Shown in pieces: positions 9,869 through 19,056 of a DNA stretch of 41,082 nt. Source of the stretch: a virus. Lineage: Duplodnaviria > Caudoviricetes. Position 1 is the stretch's first letter; each line of letters opens with the position of its first letter. The notes below the pieces were generated by a model. It saw only the letters and a program-made list of their open reading frames with translations, was not told the origin of the DNA and made no database searches. Location of the stretch: positions 1-41,082 of the IMG/VR virus record IMGVR_UViG_3300032231_000009; one strand, written 5' to 3'. The position numbers were made by a program, and so were the translations under genes.

Positions 9869-10678
9869 ATGGCAACATTCGCACCAGCATTCGGAGCTTA
9901 CACCTTCGGAACTACCCCTGCTCCTACGGCGTTCGTATTGGAGGAGTGGAAGGATCGTTTCCTAGTAGCTACCAAGTTCACCCCACGCCAAGCAGCTATA
10001 GGCCAGAATCTCCAGAGCCAGCAGATCAAGGGCAGAGAGATCACCTGTCGTGGATTCATGCAGCACGGATCGGATGACACTGCCAGAGAGCAGTTAGATG
10101 CTATGATGGCTGCACTCCAGGCTGGAGAACAGAGCTTCAACATCTTCACTGGGAGGTATATCGATGCGTGGCTGTCAGGAAACGTCGAGTATAGTCCGGT
10201 AAAGGGATCGACGCACCATCGCTACAATGTCTCCTTCAAGATGCAGACCCAGGAGCCATACTGGAAGTCTACCACACTGACTACTGACGCCTTCAATAAG
10301 AACGGAGCCTCCCCCTATACCCAGGCTCTTACTATCAACAACGGAACGACTACTGCCTTACCCACGATTGGAATGACTCTAAAGTCAGCAAGTGAGACGG
10401 GCCGCACTATCTCAATCAAGAACGACTCCACGGGTAAGGAGCTCAAGCTCCATGGAATCGACTGGAACCTAAACTCTCAGATCGTATTAGACTTCGAGCG
10501 ACGCCTGGTGCACGACGGAAGTGACAACCCACTATTCATGGGGCTTCAAGAGGGTACGTGGTGGGATCTACTCGGTGGCGCAGCTGTAACAACTTTACGA
10601 GTTAGTCATAACTTGGTAGCGGGTACTCCCAACATCGACTTCCTGGTGACATACAAGGAGAGGTTCCTAGTAGCATGA
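9869..10678 (+). CDS. Distal tail (Dit-like) protein
   Basis: Follows tape measure; GREIT, QEPYW and INNGTTTALP motifs. Confidence 0.72.
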   Translation: MATFAPAFGAYTFGTTPAPTAFVLEEWKDRFLVATKFTPRQAAIGQNLQSQQIKGREITCRGFMQHGSDDTAREQLDAMMAALQAGEQSFNIFTGRYIDAWLSGNVEYSPVKGSTHHRYNVSFKMQTQEPYWKSTTLTTDAFNKNGASPYTQALTINNGTTTALPTIGMTLKSASETGRTISIKNDSTGKELKLHGIDWNLNSQIVLDFERRLVHDGSDNPLFMGLQEGTWWDLLGGAAVTTLRVSHNLVAGTPNIDFLVTYKERFLVA

Positions 10679-11388
10679 GCAACTTCACTAACAGGAGCCC
10701 AGTAGACCGGAGCAGTGATGCCCATCAAGATCGGAGTTACTTCGACGACTTCTCTTTGTGGACTAACCGATCACAGGGGTCGTCAGCTTGGCAATGGAGC
10801 CTAGCTAAGACGGGACGCACCGGCGTAGGCTACGTCACCTGGAACAAAGTCACCTTGTCTGAGTGGGGAGCAGCTATCCATCCTCGAGATAAGGCACAGG
10901 CAGGGAGCGGAGAGCAAGCCGTCTCTGTCCGAGTATCAGAGCATAACCTAGCAGCTGGATGGGGCTGTGGCATAGGCCCAGCAGTCAACCTGAAAGACTC
11001 AGGAGCTGGTAATGCACCAGACGGGTACTACCTATACACTGACTACCTAGGCGGGGCATCTAAGCTCATCATTGCCTCAGTAACTGGGTCAGGAACGGTA
11101 TTCTTGCCCATCTACGTCGTCACCAAGGTAGTCATGCCCGGAGACATCATAACCCTAGCCTTCTCAGAAGCAGGGACACACAGAACCTTTGCGTATGTAA
11201 ACGGGGAGTTCATAGCGGGCTCTAACCACGCCATCGGAGCTATGCACGCATATGCTTCCTCAGATGGTTACGGAATCTGTGGAGTTCCAATAGGCACTAA
11301 CCGACAAGAGCTATACGAATGGTGGGTCAGCAACCACTTCGGTGGGGGCTCTGACCCATACGGCCCAGACGGATCTATACTCCCATGA
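10675..11388 (+). CDS. Minor tail protein, lectin/concanavalin-like
   Basis: Gly/Trp-rich beta protein; GDIITLAF...AYVNG. Confidence 0.55.
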   Translation: MSNFTNRSPVDRSSDAHQDRSYFDDFSLWTNRSQGSSAWQWSLAKTGRTGVGYVTWNKVTLSEWGAAIHPRDKAQAGSGEQAVSVRVSEHNLAAGWGCGIGPAVNLKDSGAGNAPDGYYLYTDYLGGASKLIIASVTGSGTVFLPIYVVTKVVMPGDIITLAFSEAGTHRTFAYVNGEFIAGSNHAIGAMHAYASSDGYGICGVPIGTNRQELYEWWVSNHFGGGSDPYGPDGSILP

Positions 11389-13529
11389 CAGGCATTTCAC
11401 AATACTACACTCCTCGTGGACCAGCTGCTAAGGCTGGAGACTTCATTCTGAACATCCACAAGCGACAGAGGTTCACGGACTCTCCAGACGAGATCCTAAT
11501 GAGCCTCTCGATGGAGATAGAAGAGCTGACGTTCCGATGGAACAAGCACGGAGGCTGTGGCAAAGGATCGGCTAAGATTGCCCTCTCAGGATCGGAGTCT
11601 GCCAGCAAGCTAATCACCCTAGATCACGAACTCTCCGAAGCCGGGGACCTTTACGGTGACAACGTATCCATCTGGGTCAAGAACTACCCTAATGCCTCAC
11701 TAACGATCACGGAAGAGACAGCACTCCAGATCTACTTGGGTAAGATCCGCAAAGTAGTCTATGAGCCCCTCACCAACGCCGTCAAGCTGGACTTCGCTGG
11801 ACTAGGCACCATCTTCGACGATATCTTCTTGCTCCAGGACTTCACGAACTCGACTATCGAGGATATACTGACTCACATCTCCGATCTGGCTACCAAAACC
11901 AACGAAGCGGGCGGAAACGACGGCCCCTTGCTAGGAGCTAACTACTGGGTTCCAGATTCAGTGTTCAGGATGGTGCTACCAGAGATCAAGGCGATTGACG
12001 AGCAAGCTAGCTCGGTCTTGAAGCGGGTAATTGACATGCTGCCCGGTCGGTTCGTCTGGGGAGTCGATAGACTCGGAAGATTCTTCTTGTATCCCCAGGA
12101 AGTGACCTACCCAGACGCCGCACTAGTCAATGTCACCGCAGTAGACGGGTATAGCCTCGATGATCTCGAGACATTCACTCGAACTATCGATCTAGCCAAG
12201 CAACACACCGAGTTCACAGTGCAAGGAGCTCTTGACCCTGACACTGGACTAGCAGTCAAAGGCACAGCAGTCAATCAGCGCTACGTAGAGACGTTCGGTG
12301 TTAGAGAACGTATGAGCACTGAGTCGGACATCACCGACCCTAGTCTATGCGCCAAGCTAGCACAAGCACGTGGCCGGATTGCCAGTCGAGAACTCGTAAA
12401 GGCCAGGGCCGAAGTCACAGAGGTTATCCACCCTGATAAGACGTTCCGCCCCGTCCTTCTGACTGGAGCACCAGCGATCTACATAAACGAATCAGGTATC
12501 CCATCGAGAACGATGGGGGATTCGCTTGGGAATTCGCTCAGGACGGACGGAAAGACCCTAGGCGAAACGTTCAACATACCGAATATCGCAGCATACAACG
12601 TGAAGCGTGATTGGCTATTCAACATCTCCGTGACATTCGAGTCTGCTCAGGTCCCAGGGACGGACTACATCTTTGGAATGCCCGATCCCAATGGACTGAG
12701 CTCCGGTAAGCACGGATGGGGCTATTTGGCCTGGATGACGGATGGCTCTATCCGGTGGAACTGGACTGCTGACGTAGCAGGCAACCCCAACACGTTCTTT
12801 GTCACTGGCATGAGTGTTCCGGTCGCTGGACCGTTCCCCATCACTAGACACTTCACCGTTGCTAGGAATCTAACAGGCACGTGGTTGTTCTTTCAGGATG
12901 GGGTACTCAAGAGTCAAATGGGCGCAGTATCGGAGCCTGTATCCGGTGGATCATGGGCTAATGACTTCATTGGAGGCAAGGGAGTAAGAGCTGGGCATGG
13001 CGGAGTAGAAGCTACGTTCGATAGCTTCTACTTCCTAAACATCGTAGAGCTACAGAAGACATATACATCGTGGCTAGACGCCATCAAGAGGTTTGTAGCA
13101 GCTAACGCTGGTAATAGGCTACGCCGAAACTGGTATGAGAACTACGGCACTGGTGGCGGAGTCAAGTCCTGGGCTGAGCTAGTCGAGCTACAAGACGGAA
13201 GGACTACGTTACCGATCAAGTACCCTGCCTCGGGTACACATGGAGACGTAGCCCTGAATCTCGATGCTACCACCCCGTCAGCGGGAGCAGACCGTAACAT
13301 CTCCGACTCTGTCCAGAGCCCAGAGTGGTATCAAGGAGGCCACTGGGGAGGTCCTTTAGTTCTGGATCTCGAGACGATAGAATACAAGATTGACCCGGTG
13401 AACAAGACCGTGCGGAAGGATATGCGACTAGGGTCTAAGGATCTTGGCCTCCTATCCGCTCTGTCCAGGACCGAACTAGAAGTAAAGAACGCACACACCC
13501 TATTGAAGAAGCGAGCTCAAGATGTCTGA
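11385..13529 (+). CDS. Tail hub/Tal-like protein with inserted LamG-like domain
   Basis: 714 aa; GGCGKGS, FVWGVDRLGRFF and VETFGVRE hub-like motifs; HFTVARNLTGTWLFFQDG LamG-like segment. Confidence 0.65.
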   Translation: MTGISQYYTPRGPAAKAGDFILNIHKRQRFTDSPDEILMSLSMEIEELTFRWNKHGGCGKGSAKIALSGSESASKLITLDHELSEAGDLYGDNVSIWVKNYPNASLTITEETALQIYLGKIRKVVYEPLTNAVKLDFAGLGTIFDDIFLLQDFTNSTIEDILTHISDLATKTNEAGGNDGPLLGANYWVPDSVFRMVLPEIKAIDEQASSVLKRVIDMLPGRFVWGVDRLGRFFLYPQEVTYPDAALVNVTAVDGYSLDDLETFTRTIDLAKQHTEFTVQGALDPDTGLAVKGTAVNQRYVETFGVRERMSTESDITDPSLCAKLAQARGRIASRELVKARAEVTEVIHPDKTFRPVLLTGAPAIYINESGIPSRTMGDSLGNSLRTDGKTLGETFNIPNIAAYNVKRDWLFNISVTFESAQVPGTDYIFGMPDPNGLSSGKHGWGYLAWMTDGSIRWNWTADVAGNPNTFFVTGMSVPVAGPFPITRHFTVARNLTGTWLFFQDGVLKSQMGAVSEPVSGGSWANDFIGGKGVRAGHGGVEATFDSFYFLNIVELQKTYTSWLDAIKRFVAANAGNRLRRNWYENYGTGGGVKSWAELVELQDGRTTLPIKYPASGTHGDVALNLDATTPSAGADRNISDSVQSPEWYQGGHWGGPLVLDLETIEYKIDPVNKTVRKDMRLGSKDLGLLSALSRTELEVKNAHTLLKKRAQDV

Positions 13530-14175
13530 GATACACTGGTATTTTACACGTCCCCACTACGTTATGAGAAGGGGCATTCCGTTCAACCTGATTGGAGTGT
13601 TCCGTTCTATCGCTGCTGTGAAGGGACTACACGTAGGTAGAATCCCTGTCCCTGGTATTGACCTCGATCTAGTTGCTGTGAGGTTCGACTCTGGTATCCT
13701 GTCTCCAACACAGATCACTGGTTTGAAAGGTAAGCTACAAGCCCACGATAACAACGAGATATTCGATGTTCGGGCAGGGCTAGGGACTACACTAGGGTCA
13801 TGGACTCGAAAAGCTGCGATGCAGACGAAGATGGCCCACCATCTGGTAGACACCACCGACATTGGAGCCAAGACTCCTACTGTCCGGCACGTGCTAAGGT
13901 CCATAGGGCAGCTCATGATGGTCTACAGGAAGCTAGGTGGACACTTCCCTGCTATGAACCTCGACGACACCTTCGACTCCGTGCCTCTTGTCAGGAGAGA
14001 GTCGTTCATTCGACACGTAAAGGGACAGGGGCTGGCTAACGCTCATATGCCCGCAGACTCAACCAAGTGGCGGGCTATCTACAAGAAGATCATTACTGAG
14101 GGTGATCCGAACATCTGGGGCACGGACCCTAACTCGTGGGTCTTAGGCCATCCTGAATCACACCTAAGGGTATAA
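13522..14175 (+). CDS. Hypothetical tail-region protein
   Basis: 217 aa, coupled ORF. Confidence 0.55.
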   Translation: MSEIHWYFTRPHYVMRRGIPFNLIGVFRSIAAVKGLHVGRIPVPGIDLDLVAVRFDSGILSPTQITGLKGKLQAHDNNEIFDVRAGLGTTLGSWTRKAAMQTKMAHHLVDTTDIGAKTPTVRHVLRSIGQLMMVYRKLGGHFPAMNLDDTFDSVPLVRRESFIRHVKGQGLANAHMPADSTKWRAIYKKIITEGDPNIWGTDPNSWVLGHPESHLRV

Positions 14176-14176
14176 C

Positions 14177-14902
14177 ATGGCTTCTCCTGTATTTCAACTG
14201 CAACAGGTATACACTGTCGCCGCAGACAGAACAGGACCGTTCAGTGACGCTGACCCTGATTCTTACGCTACGTCACCTATCTATGGGGGAGGTGGATCCG
14301 GTATCACCCATCATACAACTTCGGGTCAATGGTACTCAGGATCAGGAGGTGCTTCCGGCTCTGGGTGGGATCCTGCAAACCCTTCTGTCACAGAAGAAGG
14401 GGAATACTCTACTCTAAGCCCGAACCAATACACTAAGGTAGTTATAGGAGCTGACGCTGTTACTCTTGCGTGGTACTCTCCAGGAGCAGTAGTCAGAGCT
14501 GACTTCGGTGGATCTGGAGACTTCTATCTCGCTACTCCAACAGACTACTCAGGGACTACAGATATATGGGAGATCTCTAGTGGAACTCCTACTCAGCTAG
14601 CTACCGGAGGCGGAGCTACTCCCAGCACAGGAGACACCTTAGAGCTAGCTGTCCACGGGAAATACCTAGCGGCTGGCATCAATGGTATAGCAGATGTCGT
14701 AGTCACTGACACTACTCATACTGCTGGAGAATGTGGTATTTACGAATCCAATGCTTTCGGGGACCAGGGAAGGGCAATCGAGTTCGGAACAGTTATCGTG
14801 CATCGTATCCACCCTCTATTGCAAAAGGTCAAAGGGCATCTCAATATGATTACGTCCAAGCCGACCCAGAGAAAACTAGCTATCAGGAACTACAGGAGAT
14901 AA
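14177..14902 (+). CDS. Minor tail protein, lectin-like (resembles 10675-11388)
   Basis: Gly/Ser/Thr-rich; GDTLELAVHG...GING. Confidence 0.55.
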   Translation: MASPVFQLQQVYTVAADRTGPFSDADPDSYATSPIYGGGGSGITHHTTSGQWYSGSGGASGSGWDPANPSVTEEGEYSTLSPNQYTKVVIGADAVTLAWYSPGAVVRADFGGSGDFYLATPTDYSGTTDIWEISSGTPTQLATGGGATPSTGDTLELAVHGKYLAAGINGIADVVVTDTTHTAGECGIYESNAFGDQGRAIEFGTVIVHRIHPLLQKVKGHLNMITSKPTQRKLAIRNYRR

Positions 14903-14903
14903 C

Positions 14904-15341
14904 ATGAGGTTCTATATCCCATTCACGAAAGTATCTGTGGCATCAGGAGCAGACAAGACGCTTCTCGTTGTTACTGCTGGCACCAACCACCAAGTCGAGG
15001 TCGAGGAGCTGCAAGTCACCTTCTTTGGAGTGGATACAGTCCAGGCTCCAATCGAGATCCAACTCCAAAGAGCCTCAGCTTCTGGAACAGGCACAGCAGT
15101 CACCCTACAAAAGTGGTTGGACTCAGACGGCGACACTATCGATGCCTCAGCGAAGCAGACCATGACGGTAGAGCCCACTTACACCGGTGCTCCTATGTCC
15201 TGGGCTGTGCATCCTCAGTCGGGCATCATCCTTCCCTTTACCAAGCCCTTGGTGATCGGAGCAGGCGACATTCTAGGTCTCCTGTGCCAAGACCCGGGAA
15301 CAACCACCAGTATGGTCGGCCAGCTCATCTGTAGGAGCTAG
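14904..15341 (+). CDS. Hypothetical virion beta-sandwich protein
   Basis: GGAG RBS; Thr-rich; tail module. Confidence 0.55.
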   Translation: MRFYIPFTKVSVASGADKTLLVVTAGTNHQVEVEELQVTFFGVDTVQAPIEIQLQRASASGTGTAVTLQKWLDSDGDTIDASAKQTMTVEPTYTGAPMSWAVHPQSGIILPFTKPLVIGAGDILGLLCQDPGTTTSMVGQLICRS

Positions 15342-15342
15342 A

Positions 15343-15966
15343 ATGTATTTACGACCTACCTATCTACTGAACTACATCCCGAAGTCGGACCTATCTGTCC
15401 CGATTCCAGGGCATGGGATAGGCGGGTCGAAGTACCCTGAAGAATACGACGACTTCATCCCTATCACCGACCAAGGTGACTACCACTTCGCAAATGACCT
15501 CACTATCTTGTTCGGGGCTATCAGTTCTATTCAAACTGAGCTTGGACTGGAGCCATCTGGCAACGTAGGGACGATAGCTGCTCGTCTCTACGGTCAGGGC
15601 AACATCAAGGAAGACGCTAGCACCGTAGGCTGGAGACACTGCGTGTGGGGGGAGGCTTCCTTCGATCAAGACGCCTTACATGGGGCAGACCCATTCCCGA
15701 TCATTGATCTGCACCTCATGGACTTCGGTGATAACGACATGGGCTGGGGCGAAGGCATTCCTGTAGTCTTCGCACGGATGGGTAGACCATCAAGCAATCT
15801 AGGGTGGGATCTAACGGGGGGCTGGATGACTGCCATGGCTGGAGGCGGAGGTCAAGAGTCGCTATTCCTATCTTACGTAGCTAGAGACTATAGGGGGCAG
15901 GTCATCACTACGTTCCCCTTGCTTGCCAACGATATACACTACTTCGCTTTCAACTGGAAGTTCTGA
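15343..15966 (+). CDS. Tail fibre/spike-like protein, paralogue 1
   Basis: N-terminal YP..YD.F...ND....AI..IQ.ELG..PSG...IAARL anchor motif. Confidence 0.6.
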   Translation: MYLRPTYLLNYIPKSDLSVPIPGHGIGGSKYPEEYDDFIPITDQGDYHFANDLTILFGAISSIQTELGLEPSGNVGTIAARLYGQGNIKEDASTVGWRHCVWGEASFDQDALHGADPFPIIDLHLMDFGDNDMGWGEGIPVVFARMGRPSSNLGWDLTGGWMTAMAGGGGQESLFLSYVARDYRGQVITTFPLLANDIHYFAFNWKF

Positions 15967-15967
15967 T

Positions 15968-16504
15968 ATGGGCACCTTTATTCCTGAATGGCCCTTGGCC
16001 GTAGATACAGTCCCTACATTTGAGGACAATAAGACCGCAGTAGTCGGTCAGTGGTTCAATATCGCTCAGACCCTTATTGAAGTCTTAGAAGCAGAGATCG
16101 GGCTGGATATCGTTCATGGGACCAACACTCTGAAAAGCGTATTGGACACCTTGACCTACAGCACAGGCTACAGTGCCAGCTACGAGGGCCTGCCACGAGG
16201 ATTCAAATACATCAAGACTACACAGGCGGGCAGCTGGTGGGGAGCTGGTAGTAACACAGTAACATTCACGGCCACAGTGAACCACCCCAACCCTGTATTG
16301 AAGCAGCCTGTCTGCTTTGGCATCGGAGAGACTACTAACGTCAACGGTATGATGATCTTGGCTCACCCGTTTAGTGTAGGGTTCCTAAATGAGCAATACT
16401 GGATTGCAGCATCACACACTAAATCTACTGTGGGAATGTTGGGCGGGGCTTCTACATTCACTGGTCGCCTCATTCTTATGTCTCCGCCGGAGTACGACGC
16501 ATGA
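15968..16504 (+). CDS. Tail fibre/spike-like protein, paralogue 2
   Basis: WP..VD.V....N....IE.LE.EIG anchor motif; ATG 15968 right after the previous stop. Confidence 0.6.
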   Translation: MGTFIPEWPLAVDTVPTFEDNKTAVVGQWFNIAQTLIEVLEAEIGLDIVHGTNTLKSVLDTLTYSTGYSASYEGLPRGFKYIKTTQAGSWWGAGSNTVTFTATVNHPNPVLKQPVCFGIGETTNVNGMMILAHPFSVGFLNEQYWIAASHTKSTVGMLGGASTFTGRLILMSPPEYDA

Positions 16505-17016
16505 CCCTCTCAGGCTTTCCGCATAAGCTCGACGTCTTCCCTGATCTCCTAGAAGGAATCCATCCCGACATTCCTAATGATTGGAGATACGTTACCAGCG
16601 CCGTCGAGCAAATCGAGAGATCTCTTGGCAAGTTCCCGTCAGGCGAGAACACAGATGTAGCTGCTAGACTCGATGCTTTCCTGGACTCGGATGGACTCCC
16701 TAAAGGTATGGCGTTCATCTTCAGCACAACCTCGACAAACCAGATGAGTGTTGGAGCAGGGACCGGGGGACATTGGTTCCCATTCGGTAAGACCTTTACC
16801 AGCACCGAATATATGGTGCTCGTCCAGACGGTAGCCAACCAGAGGGACGAAGGAGAAGAGTGGTCCACACAGACGTTCGATCATGCTCATATCACTGACA
16901 AGCTCACTAACCAAGTGAAGCTTGGGGCTTATCAGCGAGATGGGCAGACAAACTTAGATATAAAACAACAAGTTAGTATTGCCATCTTGGTGATACACGA
17001 AGAAGTGATGGTGTAA
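16501..17016 (+). CDS. Tail fibre/spike-like protein, paralogue 3
   Basis: FP..LD.F....ND....AVEQIE..LG..PSG...VAARLD; C-terminal FGKTFTSTEYMVLVQ beta domain. Confidence 0.6.
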   Translation: MTLSGFPHKLDVFPDLLEGIHPDIPNDWRYVTSAVEQIERSLGKFPSGENTDVAARLDAFLDSDGLPKGMAFIFSTTSTNQMSVGAGTGGHWFPFGKTFTSTEYMVLVQTVANQRDEGEEWSTQTFDHAHITDKLTNQVKLGAYQRDGQTNLDIKQQVSIAILVIHEEVMV

Positions 17017-17017
17017 C

Positions 17018-17551
17018 ATGGCAGCTTATATTCTCTACAACTTAGAAACTCTCCGAATCATAGGAATGCACACCACGGGTAGTGCAACGAGGCCCGGTGC
17101 GGATATCCGTATCGAGGACTTGCTACGCGACCCTGAGCAAGCTGCCCTGCACGCAATATGGAAGGTGTCACCTACCTTCTTCGAGAAAGTAAGACCCGAG
17201 ATTCTGCACGAACTGTCCACTTATAGCAGAGTCATTCTCAACGATTCCATGTCTCCCATAGGAGTAGTTGTAGATGAAGCCCCAACGATCAAGCACCGTC
17301 TATACCAGGAAAGGCACCATTCGATGAGCATGGAGATGTTCAACACATGGACCCAACTGCAAGGTGCTGTCGAGTATCTGAAGTTCCACCCAGAAGAGGA
17401 GGTGGTCCATAACGTAGCCGACAAGCTTCAAATACACTACGACCAAGTATCCGCTCAACGAGCGAGGATGATAGAACGCTTTACAACGGAAGGTGAGTTA
17501 GACCTTCCTCCCATCCTAAATGAAAAAGCAGGGCAGAAGATCGATGAGTGA
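17018..17551 (+). CDS. Hypothetical protein (possible fibre assembly factor)
   Basis: Follows the fibre-like genes; beta N-terminus and helical C-terminus. Confidence 0.5.
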   Translation: MAAYILYNLETLRIIGMHTTGSATRPGADIRIEDLLRDPEQAALHAIWKVSPTFFEKVRPEILHELSTYSRVILNDSMSPIGVVVDEAPTIKHRLYQERHHSMSMEMFNTWTQLQGAVEYLKFHPEEEVVHNVADKLQIHYDQVSAQRARMIERFTTEGELDLPPILNEKAGQKIDE

Positions 17552-17804
17552 AGAACTCCCAGTGAAAGTGGGCCGTCTTGAACAAAGAGTGAAGGCCATG
17601 GAACTACAACGAACCGAGGATATGGCACGCCATGAAAAAGAACGAGGAGAAGACAGGGCAGTAATGCTCGAGACTCGTCGTGTTGTCTATGGCATCAAGG
17701 AGCAGTTAGGCGGCGCTAGGCTGGCTGGTCGCATATTCATTGGAGCAGCAATGCTATTGGCCGGAGTCGTCAGTGCTATAGGAACCTGGTTTGCCACAAA
17801 ATGA
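17544..17804 (+). CDS. Coiled-coil plus C-terminal TM protein (XhlA/holin-like)
   Basis: VGRLEQRVKAMEL coiled coil; single C-terminal hydrophobic helix. Confidence 0.6.
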   Translation: MSEELPVKVGRLEQRVKAMELQRTEDMARHEKERGEDRAVMLETRRVVYGIKEQLGGARLAGRIFIGAAMLLAGVVSAIGTWFATK

Positions 17805-18106
17805 TGAACACCATCTACCAAAATCTGGAGACGGCTCTGGTTATGGGGCTCATGGAACGGTTCCCTGAGATCCCCAGAGATCGACTCATCGTCACAGATC
17901 GTCTGACTCCTGTCTTGACAGAGATGAGCAAGGTGATCTATCGTATGACTCAGTCAGCAGTCGTGCGCAACCGCAAAGATCTACTAGAGAGGCTAACAAG
18001 TGAATTCGCCAAAGGATTCGAAGTCGACGCCCCCGAGTACTCCAGTGAAGCAGCATTGGAGCAGCACTCTCTTAGTGGCCCTGGTCATTCTGGCCACGGC
18101 TGCTAG
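17801..18106 (+). CDS. Hypothetical protein
   Basis: ATGA coupling; its 3' end overlaps the next ORF by 107 nt. Confidence 0.45.
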   Translation: MMNTIYQNLETALVMGLMERFPEIPRDRLIVTDRLTPVLTEMSKVIYRMTQSAVVRNRKDLLERLTSEFAKGFEVDAPEYSSEAALEQHSLSGPGHSGHGC

Positions 18107-18215
18107 GGAAGCAGAATTGGTTCCCATGGACAGTCCATGGAGCAAGTTCATTGGAATCGCCGTAGCCAGCCTTTACGCGTATGGCTACGTCAAGAGACCC
18201 GGAGCAAAAGCATGA
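18000..18215 (+). CDS. Holin-like two-TM membrane protein
   Basis: GTG start after GAGG; two hydrophobic helices and basic C-terminus; ATGA-coupled to the next gene. Confidence 0.55.
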   Translation: MNSPKDSKSTPPSTPVKQHWSSTLLVALVILATAAREAELVPMDSPWSKFIGIAVASLYAYGYVKRPGAKA

Positions 18216-18487
18216 AGAAGTTATTCGCCGTCATCACCCTACTCACGTGCATGTCGTGTATGGGTACACTCCAGAAGCACATCGATCCGATCAAGGATGG
18301 GATGGTTGCTCAGCGAGACAACTACGAGGCTCAATACGAAGCCTTCCAGTTGTTGCTCACCACCTTCGTCTGGACTCCAGAGGATCAGGTAAAGGTGAAT
18401 GCACTCCTCGAGAAGCTGAAGAAGGGGAAGGAGTCCTACGTCAGCCTCTATAACTCGATGCTCAAACTCCTGGAGAAGATTGAATGA
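18212..18487 (+). CDS. Putative lipoprotein (spanin-like position)
   Basis: MKKLFAVITLLTCMSC signal peptide with Cys (relaxed lipobox); helical body. Confidence 0.55.
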   Translation: MKKLFAVITLLTCMSCMGTLQKHIDPIKDGMVAQRDNYEAQYEAFQLLLTTFVWTPEDQVKVNALLEKLKKGKESYVSLYNSMLKLLEKIE

Positions 18488-18711
18488 CGCCGAAGAAACC
18501 ACTACTAGAAAAGGACGATATTCCGGTCGGACCGAAGGGGGGTGACCTCCAACTTGTTCTTGATCGGTTATCTACCCTTGACGAGTCTCAAGTTCGTTCC
18601 ATCATGAACAGGATCGAACGGGCACAATCTCTCCCGACTCCAAGGGAGAGGATCGAAGCGTTGGCCATTCTAGTGATTCGAGAGCTCCCTAAAATTCTCG
18701 TCTTGCTGTAG
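18484..18711 (+). CDS. Hypothetical protein
   Basis: ATGA-coupled; last gene before the terminator. Confidence 0.5.
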   Translation: MTPKKPLLEKDDIPVGPKGGDLQLVLDRLSTLDESQVRSIMNRIERAQSLPTPRERIEALAILVIRELPKILVLL

Positions 18712-18728
18712 TCAACACACTACCGCCC

Positions 18729-18770
18729 AGAGAGCCTGCTAGATGGATGGGTCCGGCAGGCTCTCTTTTT
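18729..18770 (+). terminator. Rho-independent terminator ending the virion/lysis operon
   Basis: AGAGAGCCTGC...GCAGGCTCTCT stem followed by a T-run. Confidence 0.8.
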
Positions 18771-18791
18771 GTGTCTAGAGTACACACGTAG

Positions 18792-18942
18792 ATATATTAT
18801 CAAAAATAAAACTGGACCGATTCCTTAGTGTATCGGTTTCTTTCCGAAACTGAAGATCGGACAGGAAGCTATCTGACACCCAAAACAATTTGTGTAACCG
18901 TCAGAGAACCTAGGACTCGATTTTTTATTTTTGATAATATAT
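18792..18942. repeat. 20-bp perfect inverted repeat enclosing 111 bp
   Basis: ATATATTATCAAAAATAAAA (18792-18811) and TTTTATTTTTGATAATATAT (18923-18942). Confidence 0.9.
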
Positions 18943-18991
18943 GTGCAGAGGTTATCCTGCCCTCGAGTTTTGGAGGGTCTGAAACTTTCAT

Positions 18992-19020
18992 TTGACGGGG
19001 TATTTCTACTGTCCTGTAAT
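18992..19020 (+). promoter_or_regulatory. Sigma70-like promoter upstream of the helicase
   Basis: TTGACG-17 bp-TGTAAT; GGGT follows the -35. Confidence 0.5.
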
Positions 19021-19056
19021 GATCGTCCATCTAAATTCGTTTGACTCCCGTTCGAC

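Noticed and set aside
10675-17016. Diversity-generating retroelement or invertible tail-fibre cassette
   Set aside because: No reverse transcriptase, invertase or TR/VR nucleotide repeat seen
18780-18807. dif-like XerCD site
   Set aside because: TTATCAAAAAT resembles a XerD arm (8/11), but the XerC arm does not match in either copy
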